Shown here piece after piece: positions 36,143 through 46,091 of a stretch of DNA of 50,354 bases (position 1 is the first letter of the stretch; each line of letters starts with the position of its first letter). Location of the stretch: the NCBI GenBank assembly GCA_038824665.1, contig JAWBBK010000002.1, positions 1-50,354 of the forward strand. Reading direction: 5' to 3'. The notes beneath the pieces were generated by a model. It was not told where the DNA came from and made no database searches. It was given only the letters and a program-made list of their open reading frames with translations. A program made the translations under genes and the position numbers. The DNA comes from Acidilobaceae archaeon (GTDB lineage: Archaea; Thermoproteota; Thermoprotei_A; Sulfolobales; Acidilobaceae).

Positions 36143-37682
36143 ATCTTATCACCCTATCAAAAGCTGTCACTATAGCTCTCGGAATCCCATCTACAGAGAC
36201 TACAGAGATCGAGGTGAAGGTATATTTGAGCCCTGTGCCTGTCTCTGTAATGGCAGTAGCAGTCCAGATCGAGGCTCCGGTATCTCCTCTGATCGCTCTC
36301 AGGGTATAAGTCAAGCTCGTAGTGCTACCTGTCTGATACATCACCAAAAGGTCCAACACTCCGTCTCCGTTCACTTCGACAACAGCTAAGCTAGCCGTTC
36401 TAGCTACGGCATCACGAGTTCCAGTGTTAGGACCTATAGGGCTAGGAGGAGCAGCACTCCACTTTATGTCAAAAGTGCCAGTAGCTGGGCTGTAGTCTAT
36501 TCTATGAAGATAGAGGTCCTCTCCTACTACAAATATTTCGTCGAGTCCGTCTTTATCTACGTCAGCTAAAGCTATAGCCGGTTGAGAAAACCAGACAAAG
36601 AAAGTCCTTCCGCTAGGCGGAGAGATTACATAGAAAGCGTTAGTGCAGGGGTTTAAAACCACAAGATAGCCAACGCTTCCGCTCTTGTACCAAAGGCCGC
36701 CGGATTGAGCAAAAGTCTCTTTACCAACGCTGACCACCACGTCTTTACAAACAGCTCCAACAACTTTGCCTACAACAGGGCTGTGGATTATGAGAAGCCC
36801 GTTGAGTCTCGTGTCAAGCTCCCATAACCTCCACTCTCTAATAGTCTTCCCGTCTTTTCCGCTCACTACGTAGACTACTGCTGGATATCCTCTCGTGTAG
36901 ACAACATCGAGAACTCCATCTCCATTAACGTCGTCAAGGAGAGCTGGGCTAGAGACAAAAGAGAGTCCATAAGACTTATGGCGCCAGACTAGAAACCCAG
37001 TCGTAGCGTCAATAGCGTAGAGCCCATCGCCTGCGCTGACTAAGACTAGAGGAGGACCGTTGGGATCAAGTCTCCAAACCAAAGGGCTTGTAGGTGGATG
37101 TGATTCAACGAAAGGCAGACTGGTTCTCCATAAAACGCTCCAGCTCCATGTAGTTGTGAACTTAATACAGACAAGCTGTTTCCCTCCTGTCCTTACGCTA
37201 GCGGTTAAGGCTATGAGTTCAGCTCTTCCATCTCCATCTACATCATAAGCTGTAGGAGCGCTGAAACTCCCTAACTCTAGATCAGGAGGCGCGAGTCTAA
37301 GTTGCTGAACTCCATTATCGATCCGTACTATATAGAGGACTCCAGCGGCGTTTACCAAAGCCACATCTATTATTCCGTCTCCATTGAAGTCTGCAGCAAC
37401 AGGATTAGCGTGAAAAGGGAAATCGTCATCAGCGGGATCTAACGTCCACTGAGAAGTTGGTGCAGCCGTTAACCCCATGCTGCCTACAGTGACAGCAGCT
37501 GTTCTGTAAGGGTTTCCTGCAAGAGTCCACCAAGTAGTTGGCGGAGGTCCTGGAGTAGACGTTTGTCCCAAAACAGGAACGACAACGTTCTTAAGGTCTT
37601 GAGAAGAAGGAGATTCCAATATTGTTGCCGAGAGCGCTATCAATATGATTAGAAACGCAAAGAGCGCTAGCCTTGTTTTCAT
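36135..37682 (-). CDS. Secreted FG-GAP/PQQ-like beta-propeller protein
   Basis: Repeated DxNGDG/DVDGDG Ca-binding blades and LYAIDATTG..VW motifs; signal peptide. Confidence 0.85.
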   Translation of the reverse strand: MKTRLALFAFLIILIALSATILESPSSQDLKNVVVPVLGQTSTPGPPPTTWWTLAGNPYRTAAVTVGSMGLTAAPTSQWTLDPADDDFPFHANPVAADFNGDGIIDVALVNAAGVLYIVRIDNGVQQLRLAPPDLELGSFSAPTAYDVDGDGRAELIALTASVRTGGKQLVCIKFTTTWSWSVLWRTSLPFVESHPPTSPLVWRLDPNGPPLVLVSAGDGLYAIDATTGFLVWRHKSYGLSFVSSPALLDDVNGDGVLDVVYTRGYPAVVYVVSGKDGKTIREWRLWELDTRLNGLLIIHSPVVGKVVGAVCKDVVVSVGKETFAQSGGLWYKSGSVGYLVVLNPCTNAFYVISPPSGRTFFVWFSQPAIALADVDKDGLDEIFVVGEDLYLHRIDYSPATGTFDIKWSAAPPSPIGPNTGTRDAVARTASLAVVEVNGDGVLDLLVMYQTGSTTSLTYTLRAIRGDTGASIWTATAITETGTGLKYTFTSISVVSVDGIPRAIVTAFDRVIRYG

Positions 37683-37727
37683 AACTCTCTCCGAGAGAAA
37701 CTTCTGTGTAAAGGTTTTAGTCTTTAT

Positions 37728-37746
37728 CTTATATACTTATATACTT
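37728..37746 (-). promoter_or_regulatory. Putative promoter of the cytochrome cluster (tandem AGTATATA)
   Basis: AAGTATATAAGTATATAAG about 45-65 bp upstream of ATG 37682, preceded by an A-rich BRE-like sequence. Confidence 0.45.
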
Positions 37747-37761
37747 TCAAAAAGTTTCTAG

Positions 37762-38883
37762 CTAGCAGAAACGGGGCTTCGAAACCGTCTCTATATAACT
37801 TGTTTTAACTCTCTCTTTCAGTCTAGCAGCTCTTGGATGAATTAAGTGATCGACAACGGTTCCACAGGCTTCTGTTATCTTCATTCTATAAGCAAGCTTT
37901 TCTTCGAGACCGCCAGCTATGTCTAAACCTAAGAGAGCATATCCTTGTGCTGCTTCTTTTATGCTTCCAGCTCCCGGTAGTCCCTTTAGTCTTACTATTT
38001 GAACGTCTTTGAGCTTCTCTTGTATTATCTTCAATACTCTTCTGTTTCTTGCATATCTGCCTGTAACCACTACCACTTCTGCTTCTGGAACAGAGACTAG
38101 AACTCTCATCACGTCTTTAGCCACGTTTTCAACATAGGTCTCAATAATCTCATCGTTTGCGTCTTCTAAAGCGGGACCAGAGAGTTCAACTAGTCCTCCT
38201 TTTAATGAATCCCATCTGTTCCAACAACCAGCTCCTGCAACGACCTCAGCGTCAAGACATCCAGCAGTCAATATACCTCCTGAGGCTACAGTGCCTCCTA
38301 CGCCATCTACTATAAGCCCTCTTCTTACAGCTATGGTTGCACTGTAGCCAAAGCCGAGCTCAGCTACAACTAAGTTGACTTTCTCCAAACCTCCTTCTCT
38401 TTCAGAAAACTCGTAGACGGAGAGATAAGCTGAAGCTAGCTTGTCTGCTGTTCCCATATCTATTTTGTTAAGCTTCCTCCGCCACGGAACAGTGGGAAGC
38501 AAGATCACTGAAGGTATGAATAGAGTTTTATGTCTAGCTCCTGTCAACAAGGCTTCAACGACTTTCACTAAAGCATCATACACCAAGACTCCGAACTCTC
38601 CCTCTTTAACTCCTTGACTCACCTCGTTCTCGCTAGAGAGCAATAAGATCTCTAAGGCGAACCTCCTAGCGTCTACGACCTCGTTTCCCCAGGTCAACGG
38701 AACCCCGTAGCCTGACGGAGCCACTATAACGTCTGCCTCAATAGAAAGAACGTATTTGAATAAGCTTTCAGGGTTTTTGGCTACGTCTTCTGTAGGAAAA
38801 GACTTAAAATCTACTGCTTTGCCGTCTTCGATCACAACTACATCAAAGCTTCCTGTTCCGGGGTCTATACCGACAGCTCTCAC
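37762..38883 (-). CDS. DUF1464 family ASKHA (butyrate-kinase-related) protein
   Basis: GIDPGTGSFD, APSGYG, NKIDMGTADK, ELGFGY, IVDGVGGT and KEAAQG motifs. Confidence 0.85.
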   Translation of the reverse strand: MRAVGIDPGTGSFDVVVIEDGKAVDFKSFPTEDVAKNPESLFKYVLSIEADVIVAPSGYGVPLTWGNEVVDARRFALEILLLSSENEVSQGVKEGEFGVLVYDALVKVVEALLTGARHKTLFIPSVILLPTVPWRRKLNKIDMGTADKLASAYLSVYEFSEREGGLEKVNLVVAELGFGYSATIAVRRGLIVDGVGGTVASGGILTAGCLDAEVVAGAGCWNRWDSLKGGLVELSGPALEDANDEIIETYVENVAKDVMRVLVSVPEAEVVVVTGRYARNRRVLKIIQEKLKDVQIVRLKGLPGAGSIKEAAQGYALLGLDIAGGLEEKLAYRMKITEACGTVVDHLIHPRAARLKERVKTSYIETVSKPRFC

Positions 38884-38893
38884 TGGCTATAGT

Positions 38894-39196
38894 TCACCTC
38901 TTTTCTCCTGCTTCTTTGTTCATGTTTTGGATTCTCTCTAGCTCTTTCTCTATTTCTTTCTCTATTTCCTCTATGGGCTTTGGAGGCGGTGTTGTAGCCA
39001 GAGTGTAACCTATCCAGGCTATCAGTCCAAAGAATATCAGAACCCAAATCATAATAGTCGCCTTAACTACAAACACCGAGATCTCCATACCGAAGACTCT
39101 GACGTCGGGAGGGAAGAAGAGTAGCCAGAAGTAAGAGGCTATTGCGAGAGTCGAGATGATCATGAGAACAACACCTATAGTCCTATCGTCTACCAA
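38894..39196 (-). CDS. Conserved archaeal two-TM small protein
   Basis: Two TMs followed by WIGYTLATTPPPKPIEEIEKE. Confidence 0.75.
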   Translation of the reverse strand: MVDDRTIGVVLMIISTLAIASYFWLLFFPPDVRVFGMEISVFVVKATIMIWVLIFFGLIAWIGYTLATTPPPKPIEEIEKEIEKELERIQNMNKEAGEKR

Positions 39197-39283
39197 TCTC
39201 TCTACGCCTCCTATGCTTCAAAAAGTCTTGAAACGGTTGTGAATATATAAGCTTAAGTACGGTATTCAAAGAGGGTTCTTTCA

Positions 39284-40672
39284 ATGATTTACGACGATAT
39301 AGCTGAGAGAGCAATGAAGTTAGCCAGCTCTCTAGGAGCTCGAGAGACTATCTTAAGAGTTCACAGAACAGAGTACGAGATCTTGTCTTTCGACGGAGGT
39401 CATCTGAAAGAGCACAGCTTCTCCATATCTTCAGGTCTAGCGATAGAGGTCTATACAGAGAAAGGGAGAGGTCTAGCTTATACATCAAGTCTAGACTGGA
39501 GGTCAGTAAGCGAAGCAGTAAGATCGGCAATAGAGTCGACTATCTCCTCAGGACAGAGAAGTCTAGCAGAAGCAGAGCCTCAAAACATAGCTTACAGAAG
39601 CAGAGTCGTCGAAGATCCTTTTGAAGTAGATGCGACTGAAAAGATAAGTCTGATCAAAGAGCTCAACAGAGAGGCTTTAAAGATCGCAGGAGTGGTTTCA
39701 GCAACCACTAACCTAGGGATCGAGCGAGACTATGTCTTTGTGGCCAGACCAGATGGCACAAAATCTTGGAAAGAAGTAGTGCTTATTGGCATATCTCATA
39801 GCGCTATAGCTAAATCCGAAGGAGTAGCTGAGAAGGTTAAGGTTAGAGACTCGCGAAGCTTCGAAGGGGGTTGGGAGAAAGCTAGAGAGTTTAACTGGAT
39901 AGAGTTTGTCTCAGAGGTAACGGAGACGGCTGTAAGAGCTTCTCGAGCTAAAATGCCTCCTGCTGGAGTATATGAAGCCGTAGTAGACAACAAGCTTGTA
40001 GGCACAGTAATTCATGAAGCTTTGGGACATGCTGCTGAGGGAGACTTAGTCGTAGCGAACGCCTCAGTGCTGACTGGAAGGCTAGGAGAGAAGATAGCTT
40101 CAGACCACGTAAGCGTTATTGATGAGGGTATTGTGGATGGAGGATATCCAGTTCCTTTTGATGAAGAAGGTATGGCTAAAAGGCGAATAGCCATCATAGA
40201 GAAAGGGGTTCTGAAAAGCTATCTCACTAGCAGAAGCGTTGCAGCAAGCCTCGGGTTAGTTCCTACTGGCAACGCTAGAGCTTCGGGATTTAGAGTCCCA
40301 CCTATAGTCAGACAGGCTAACTTCTATATAGCTCCTGGAGATTATAGACTAGAAGAACTTTTTGAAGGACTTGATGGTATATATTTGAGAGGCGTTGGAG
40401 GAGGAGGTCAGGTAGATCCGGCTACAGGCACTTTCACATTCAATGCAGGTCCTTCATATCTAGTGAAGAAAGGAAAGATCGTAGAGCTGGTTAGAGGAGT
40501 TCTAGTATCGGGGAGGATCTTAGACTTCCTATCTAAAGTCAAAGCAATAGGCAGAGACTTGGTCATAGAGACGAGCGTTTTTGGAGGTTGTGGCAAAGAC
40601 GGACAGATAGTTAGAGTAGGTCTAGGCGGTCCTCATTTGAGAGTCGAGGGTGTAATCGTTGGTGGACGCTAA
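39284..40672 (+). CDS. tldD: TldD family metalloprotease
   Basis: HEALGHAAEGD, FDEEG, TGNARA and GGCGKDGQ motifs. Confidence 0.93.
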   Translation: MIYDDIAERAMKLASSLGARETILRVHRTEYEILSFDGGHLKEHSFSISSGLAIEVYTEKGRGLAYTSSLDWRSVSEAVRSAIESTISSGQRSLAEAEPQNIAYRSRVVEDPFEVDATEKISLIKELNREALKIAGVVSATTNLGIERDYVFVARPDGTKSWKEVVLIGISHSAIAKSEGVAEKVKVRDSRSFEGGWEKAREFNWIEFVSEVTETAVRASRAKMPPAGVYEAVVDNKLVGTVIHEALGHAAEGDLVVANASVLTGRLGEKIASDHVSVIDEGIVDGGYPVPFDEEGMAKRRIAIIEKGVLKSYLTSRSVAASLGLVPTGNARASGFRVPPIVRQANFYIAPGDYRLEELFEGLDGIYLRGVGGGGQVDPATGTFTFNAGPSYLVKKGKIVELVRGVLVSGRILDFLSKVKAIGRDLVIETSVFGGCGKDGQIVRVGLGGPHLRVEGVIVGGR

Positions 40673-42014
40673 CCTATTGGATCTAGCGGAGCTAGCTATT
40701 AAGAAAGCGGACTCTCTCGGAGCTAACGAGACTGAAGCGTACACAGTTCGCGTCAGCGAGAAGAGCTTGAGTCTACGTAGGGGATCGATTGAGGTCTCAA
40801 AAGCAGGCTCTATCATAGGTCTTGCAATTAGAGTGTCTTGTAACGAGAAAGTCAGCTTAGCCGGTGGAGTAGTATCTTCATCAAGCGATGTTGAGAAGCT
40901 AGCGGAGAAAGTTATGGCTATGTGTAGAGCTCAAAGCGAGCTAGAGGCTTGGAGAGGATTACCTCGAGGTCTCTCATCTTCAAGACCTGAAGGAACATAC
41001 GATAAAGTCATAGCTGAGATCACATTAAATGGTCTAGCGGAACTTGCGAATCAGCTAGTTTCAGAAGTTGCTGAGATTAGCGACAAAAAAGTAGAAGTAG
41101 CTAGAGGCTCTCTTCATACTAGTTCTATTGCTAGACTAGTGATTAATTCTCAAATGGAGAAAGTCTTTGAGGAAGCGACCTATCTTTTCGTCTCGGCTGA
41201 AGGAGTATCTAGAGACGTAGGTTTAGAATCAGCTTTCTGGAACACAAGCTCTGCTAGAAGACTTCAAGACTTAGACCTCAAGGCTTTTGTTGACCATTTG
41301 GTTGAGAGAACTCTAGCTGGACTGAAGAGAGCTAAGTGCGAAAGTGGAAGCCAACAAGTCCTTTTGGCTCCTCGAGTCTCAGCAAGCGTTTTAGACGCTC
41401 TTTTGGCTCCTGCGGTATCGGCGTTATCGATTCAGAAGAAGAGGTCTCCTCTTTTCAATAAGGTAGGTCAGGAGGTCTTCAGCGACCAGGTAACAGTCAT
41501 TGATGATCCAACTCTTGAAGCTATGTTCGGCTCACGAGGATTTGACGATGAGGGAGTCAGAACTAGAAGAAAGAACGTTATAGAGAGAGGAGTTTTTAAA
41601 ACTCCTCTTTATGACACGTGGACTGCCAGAGTGGATGAGACCGAGTCTACAGGAAACGCTGTGAGAGTCAAAATATCATCAATGCCTGAACCAGGTCCTC
41701 TCAATCTGATCTTAGAGCCAGGCGACAAAAGCTTCGAGTCTCTAGTTCAAGAGGTCAGAAAAGGACTCGTGGTCTACGGTGTCATTGGTGAATGGCTATC
41801 AGACTATACTAGAGGGTATCTCAACGCTACAATAGTGAACGCAGACTGCGTGATTGACGGAGAGGTTAAAGGAGCGATAGTTAGCGGAATGCTTTCAGGA
41901 GACTTTTATGAGATGCTCCGTTTAAAGCTTATTGCGAAGAGCAGAGAACTTAACAACGTAGGCGTAGTCTACGCTCCAGCTCTTCTACTTGACGAAGTTA
42001 AGGTGACGCTTTAG
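40659..42014 (+). CDS. pmbA: PmbA/TldE family protein
   Basis: DDPT...FDDEG and STGNA; lacks HExxH; follows tldD. Confidence 0.88.
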   Translation: MVDANLLDLAELAIKKADSLGANETEAYTVRVSEKSLSLRRGSIEVSKAGSIIGLAIRVSCNEKVSLAGGVVSSSSDVEKLAEKVMAMCRAQSELEAWRGLPRGLSSSRPEGTYDKVIAEITLNGLAELANQLVSEVAEISDKKVEVARGSLHTSSIARLVINSQMEKVFEEATYLFVSAEGVSRDVGLESAFWNTSSARRLQDLDLKAFVDHLVERTLAGLKRAKCESGSQQVLLAPRVSASVLDALLAPAVSALSIQKKRSPLFNKVGQEVFSDQVTVIDDPTLEAMFGSRGFDDEGVRTRRKNVIERGVFKTPLYDTWTARVDETESTGNAVRVKISSMPEPGPLNLILEPGDKSFESLVQEVRKGLVVYGVIGEWLSDYTRGYLNATIVNADCVIDGEVKGAIVSGMLSGDFYEMLRLKLIAKSRELNNVGVVYAPALLLDEVKVTL

Positions 42015-42029
42015 AAGCGGTGACTCACC

Positions 42030-42641
42030 ATGACCTTTAGCGCTTTTGACATAACCAATTTCTTAAAGCCTATAGTCATGCTCTTCATAGTCTTAGACCC
42101 TATAGCTATTACTCCATACTATCAGGCGATAGTTAGCAAATACGGAGTCAAAGATAGGTCTAGGCTTTTAAGGACTACCGTTATAGCTATGTCAACATTC
42201 CTTTTAGCCTTCGCTTTCTTGGGCGACCTTCTCTTCGGTTTGTTCAATATAAGCTTTGCCGACTTTAAAATAGCTGCTGGAGCTATACTTTTAGTATACT
42301 CTATTGCTTCTCTTTTAGGAATAGAGCTTACCAGTTCGAAGAGTGGAGAAGAGGCAGCTATAGTACCTCTCGCTACTCCATTGCTTGCAGGTCCAGCAGC
42401 TACTTCTGTGACTTTATACATAAAGTATGCTTATGGACTTTGGGTAGCTGTTGTCGCAGTCTTAGTGAACGCAGCTATAGTTTACGTTGTTTTCTCTTTT
42501 GGTGACAAAATTGTTAAGCTTATAGGTCCACAAGGCAGGTTACTTATAGAGAAGTTCTTAAGCTTTCTCTTAGCGGCTCTAGCTACATCGATAATGTTCT
42601 CAGGACTTCAAGACAAGGGAATAGTTCCAAGAACAGCTTAA
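42030..42641 (+). CDS. MarC family membrane protein
   Basis: LFIVLDP, FKIAAG and IVPLATPLLAGPA motifs. Confidence 0.92.
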   Translation: MTFSAFDITNFLKPIVMLFIVLDPIAITPYYQAIVSKYGVKDRSRLLRTTVIAMSTFLLAFAFLGDLLFGLFNISFADFKIAAGAILLVYSIASLLGIELTSSKSGEEAAIVPLATPLLAGPAATSVTLYIKYAYGLWVAVVAVLVNAAIVYVVFSFGDKIVKLIGPQGRLLIEKFLSFLLAALATSIMFSGLQDKGIVPRTA

Positions 42642-42694
42642 GACTTGATTAAAGACTAACTTTAAAGCCGAAAGGTTCTCCTTCCCTAAGGGCT

Positions 42695-43288
42695 GTGAGG
42701 AGGGACGCCTCTCTGATCAATGATGAAGCTGAACTGCGCGGAGCTCTCAAAGTAGCTGGTCTAGACCTGGCCGCTAGACCTAACCGCTGTAGCGGCTATG
42801 CCATAATAGACGCGAACTCTAAGACTGTAGAGAAGACTTTATGTCTTTTTACAGACAAAGAGATATTAAAGACTGTGATTAAGACTAAACCTGAAGTCTT
42901 GGCAGTAGATGCACCTCTCTCTCCTATCCCTAAATGGAGAGAGATCGACAGGCTTGCGAGAAGAGCTGGGTTCAAGGTAATGCCTCCGACTCTAGGCTCA
43001 ATGAGAGACCTCACTATCAGAGCATGGAGACTCTATGAAGCTCTCTCTGCTCTTGGCATAACGGTTATAGAAACTCATCCTTCTAGCGTGCTTTCATTCA
43101 CATCAACAAATAATCTCCTAGAACTCTTGGATAAACTCAAGCTGATGTGTTCCTTTTGTAGCTCTATTTCTAAGAGAGACCTAAAGGACGCTATCCTAGC
43201 TGCCATAGTTGCTTACTGCTATCATATTAAGGAGTGCTTTTATTCGGTAACGGCGTCAGACGGAGCTATATACCTGGTCAAGACTTAA
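42695..43288 (+). CDS. DUF429 RNase H-like predicted nuclease
   Basis: AGLDLAA, AVDAPLS, IETHP and DAILAA motifs. Confidence 0.8.
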   Translation: MRRDASLINDEAELRGALKVAGLDLAARPNRCSGYAIIDANSKTVEKTLCLFTDKEILKTVIKTKPEVLAVDAPLSPIPKWREIDRLARRAGFKVMPPTLGSMRDLTIRAWRLYEALSALGITVIETHPSSVLSFTSTNNLLELLDKLKLMCSFCSSISKRDLKDAILAAIVAYCYHIKECFYSVTASDGAIYLVKT

Positions 43289-44393
43289 GCCAAGTTATGC
43301 GGTTTCCGTCGACCCTAGCTAAAACGTTGAAAGTCCCTATTCGTTTGACTAAAGCTGCGTAAACGTTTAAAGCATTTAGCACTCCATAACCCTCTACTAA
43401 GGCCAAAACGAACTTAGCCTTTTTCCCCTCAGCCACGATCGGCGGCTCTATCCTAACTGCTTTATAGGGGTTGACTAAGATAGCTTTCAATATCTCTAAA
43501 GGAACTCTTTCTCCTTTCTCTTTCTGAGCTCTAGCTACGTAGAGCGCTGCTCTAGCCTCTTCCCAAACATCTGGAAGACTCCATGAAGCGTTGTCAGTTC
43601 CTAGCGCGAACTCTAACCCCGTTTTCAGAGCTTCAGCTATAGGAGGAGTGCCAACTCCGTGCCAGAGGTTAGAACGAGGACACATAATGAGCCACACCTT
43701 CTTCTCTTTGAGTAACTCTAAGTCCTCTTTGGACAGATGGGTACCGTGAACTATAGCGTCAAATCCGGCTTCGAGAGCAAGCTCTAGATCTCCTTCAGCT
43801 CTAACTTTGAACGTCTCGGCTACATGAGTCATAGCCGGTCTTCTCGTTTCTATGAGCTTTCTAAGTTCGTCTTTAGAAAAGCCTAGAGGACTCGCTAGCC
43901 CCAGTCCATCACAGTATTCCGGCCATTGAGGTCCTGGTCTTCCTAACACTATTACTCTTAGATCCGGGACGCTTTCCTTAGACATCTGAGCTAACTTACA
44001 GCCTTCTCCTCCACCTTCTCTGAAATCAATGAGAAGCCCTAGCCCATTTCTCCAAGCGAGTCTATAAAACTCCGTTATAGCTTCAATCAACTTTTCGGAA
44101 GGCGTTGAGGCTAGTAGTCTATGCTTAAGTCCATGAGGAGGGGCTACTAAATTCTCTAACTCAGCTTCTAGTCCGTACTCTGGGAACGCGTGGTCAGCTG
44201 AGTGTGTGTGAGCGTTTCCAGGTTGTGGAAGCAGAGCTACGCTCCGACCTCCTATAGAATTCTCAGGACACATCTCATAGCTAGAGATCGAGATTATGAC
44301 TCCGTTCTCAACGATAACGCATCTATCTCTCAACGCCTCTAGCTCTTCTCCCAATAGAACCAAACCCACTCTTATGGCGAAACTCTCTCTCAT
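43278..44393 (-). CDS. Amidohydrolase family (deaminase-like) protein
   Basis: NAHTH, HVAE, VHGTH, CPRSN and LGTDN motifs. Confidence 0.9.
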   Translation of the reverse strand: MRESFAIRVGLVLLGEELEALRDRCVIVENGVIISISSYEMCPENSIGGRSVALLPQPGNAHTHSADHAFPEYGLEAELENLVAPPHGLKHRLLASTPSEKLIEAITEFYRLAWRNGLGLLIDFREGGGEGCKLAQMSKESVPDLRVIVLGRPGPQWPEYCDGLGLASPLGFSKDELRKLIETRRPAMTHVAETFKVRAEGDLELALEAGFDAIVHGTHLSKEDLELLKEKKVWLIMCPRSNLWHGVGTPPIAEALKTGLEFALGTDNASWSLPDVWEEARAALYVARAQKEKGERVPLEILKAILVNPYKAVRIEPPIVAEGKKAKFVLALVEGYGVLNALNVYAALVKRIGTFNVLARVDGNRITWLKS

Positions 44394-44508
44394 AGAAAGA
44401 CCCCAACACGTTATCTAATCGAAGCTACTATAGTCTGATGCGACAGCAGACTTCGGTCAAGGAGCTTTCGGTTGAGTGTTAGCTAGAACTAAGTGTGGTA
44501 CTAAGATG

Positions 44509-44586
44509 TGGTGGGGCCGCCGGGATTTGAACCCGGGACCACGGGGGCCCAAGCCCCGCATCCTAGCCAGGCTAGACTACGGCCCC
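44509..44586 (-). tRNA. tRNA-Pro(TGG), CCA encoded, no intron
   Basis: GGGGCCG/CGGCCCC acceptor stem, anticodon arm CGGGG-CTTGGGC-CCCCG, GGTTCAAATCC T-loop. Confidence 0.96.
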
Positions 44587-44595
44587 TAGTTTTCG

Positions 44596-44684
44596 TGGCG
44601 CCGGGGGCGGGATTCGAACCCGCGCGCCCCCGAAGGGGCAACGGGTCTCAAGCCCGTCCCCTTGGTCCGCTCGGGCACCCCGGC
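44596..44684 (-). tRNA. tRNA-Ser(TGA), CCA encoded, long variable arm
   Basis: GCCGGGG/CCCCGGC acceptor stem, ACGGG-CTTGAGA-CCCGT anticodon arm, GCCCC-TTCG-GGGGC variable arm, GGTTCGAATCC. Confidence 0.96.
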
Positions 44685-44771
44685 ACTCCGGTCTCTTCGA
44701 CTCTTCGAGTTCACCACTCAACTAGGTCTCTGAAGAGGCTTTTTTAGGAAATCTCTCGAGTCGCTTTGAGC

Positions 44772-45254
44772 TTATTTCGTCTTGGGTAGCTTTATGTAAA
44801 CTCTACCGCCGCTTCTCTTCGTCTCTATTCGAGAAACGTCTATCTCTTCGGGCAATCTGTACTCTCCTCTCATTATTTTCTTTGTTCTACGATAAGCTCC
44901 AACTCCAAACGCTTTAGCGACTTTTTTCTCGTCTAGCTCTGCTCGTACTGAGACTCTATCTGGGTATACGTCTATCGTTATAGACTCCTCTTTGACTCCA
45001 GGGACGTCTACTACTAAGAGATAGTAGTCTCCTCTATCTATCAGTGTAGCTATAGGTGAAACCTCTCCTCTCTCTTCTTCTTCTAGACTTTTCTCAAAAG
45101 CTCTCTCCAACTCTTCTTCGACAGCTCCAAGCTCTTCAAAACGTTCCTCTATCTCTTTCAAAAGCTTCTCTACACTTTCGAATGTGCTTCTGAACTCCTT
45201 CAACATTCTTCTTCTATAGTGCTCGAAGATATCGAAGCTCAAAATCAACAACAC
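44772..45254 (-). CDS. Small heat shock protein Hsp20
   Basis: Alpha-crystallin motifs VVDVPGV.EESI, LPEEID and GRVYIKLPK. Confidence 0.85.
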   Translation of the reverse strand: MLLILSFDIFEHYRRRMLKEFRSTFESVEKLLKEIEERFEELGAVEEELERAFEKSLEEEERGEVSPIATLIDRGDYYLLVVDVPGVKEESITIDVYPDRVSVRAELDEKKVAKAFGVGAYRRTKKIMRGEYRLPEEIDVSRIETKRSGGRVYIKLPKTK

Positions 45255-45255
45255 C

Positions 45256-46026
45256 CTAATACACTATAGGAAGTCTGTGTTCGTAGCTTTTACCCATTCT
45301 AGCTATCACAGGCTTGGCTTCTCTCATCATTTCTCTCAGTCTTAGCCTTATCAGCTCTCCTTCTTTCAGGAGTTCTTCAACTGAGACCTCTATACCCGAG
45401 ACTTTAGAGAATACTCGAAGGACTTCGGCTGAAGCCTCTGGGTCGGGTATGTCTAAATAGGAGTCAGCCATAATTAGTAAGTAGTTCAGCTTTTTCCTCA
45501 AAGCTTCTTTAAGCATGACTGCATAAGGTCCTACTATAAAGCCCTCTTTGGCTTTTGTCACATTTTCAACACCTTCAAACATTTTGTCGAGAGAAGGATT
45601 GCTAGCGGTCCAGTAAACTCTAGGCTTCTCGAGCTCTGCTCTTTCAGGATTGGCGATCCCAGTAAAGCCTACTAAGAGGTCTACTCCTTTTAGTCTAGCG
45701 TATTCTATAAGAGCTAGCGAAAGGGCTATAGAGGCTCTGCTACTTAAAACCACGTCAGTAAATACTATCAGAACGGACTCATCTCCATAGATTCTTATAG
45801 GACATAAATTTTCTCCTTCTCTAATGACAGCTACTGGAGGAAGCATTGTGTAACTGTCTATACCGACTTTGTCCTTTAGCTTTAAGCTCTTTACAAGATG
45901 TACTGCAGCGATCTGTCCTACTAAACCCACGTCTGGAAGACCTACGATCATGTACTTAGGTCTACCTACATCTGCGAACTCTCTGAAGAGGAAGCCTTCG
46001 ATCTCTTCTTCGTATACGGGCATCAA
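45256..46026 (-). CDS. Proteasome assembly chaperone PAC2 family protein
   Basis: GLPDVGLVGQIAA.HL, PIRIY and PDPEAS motifs. Confidence 0.88.
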   Translation of the reverse strand: MMPVYEEEIEGFLFREFADVGRPKYMIVGLPDVGLVGQIAAVHLVKSLKLKDKVGIDSYTMLPPVAVIREGENLCPIRIYGDESVLIVFTDVVLSSRASIALSLALIEYARLKGVDLLVGFTGIANPERAELEKPRVYWTASNPSLDKMFEGVENVTKAKEGFIVGPYAVMLKEALRKKLNYLLIMADSYLDIPDPEASAEVLRVFSKVSGIEVSVEELLKEGELIRLRLREMMREAKPVIARMGKSYEHRLPIVY

Positions 46027-46091
46027 TTCTCAGCCCTCCAAGCTACAGAATATAGTCTCTTAAGAGAGCTTTTTAATATGAGGTGTAACGT

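Noticed and set aside
44394-44684. tRNA 3' ends as an integration (att) site
   Set aside because: No duplicate tRNA fragment or integrase was seen in the window.
44508-44747. 79-aa ORF MVGPPGFEPG...
   Set aside because: Antisense translation of the two tRNA genes.
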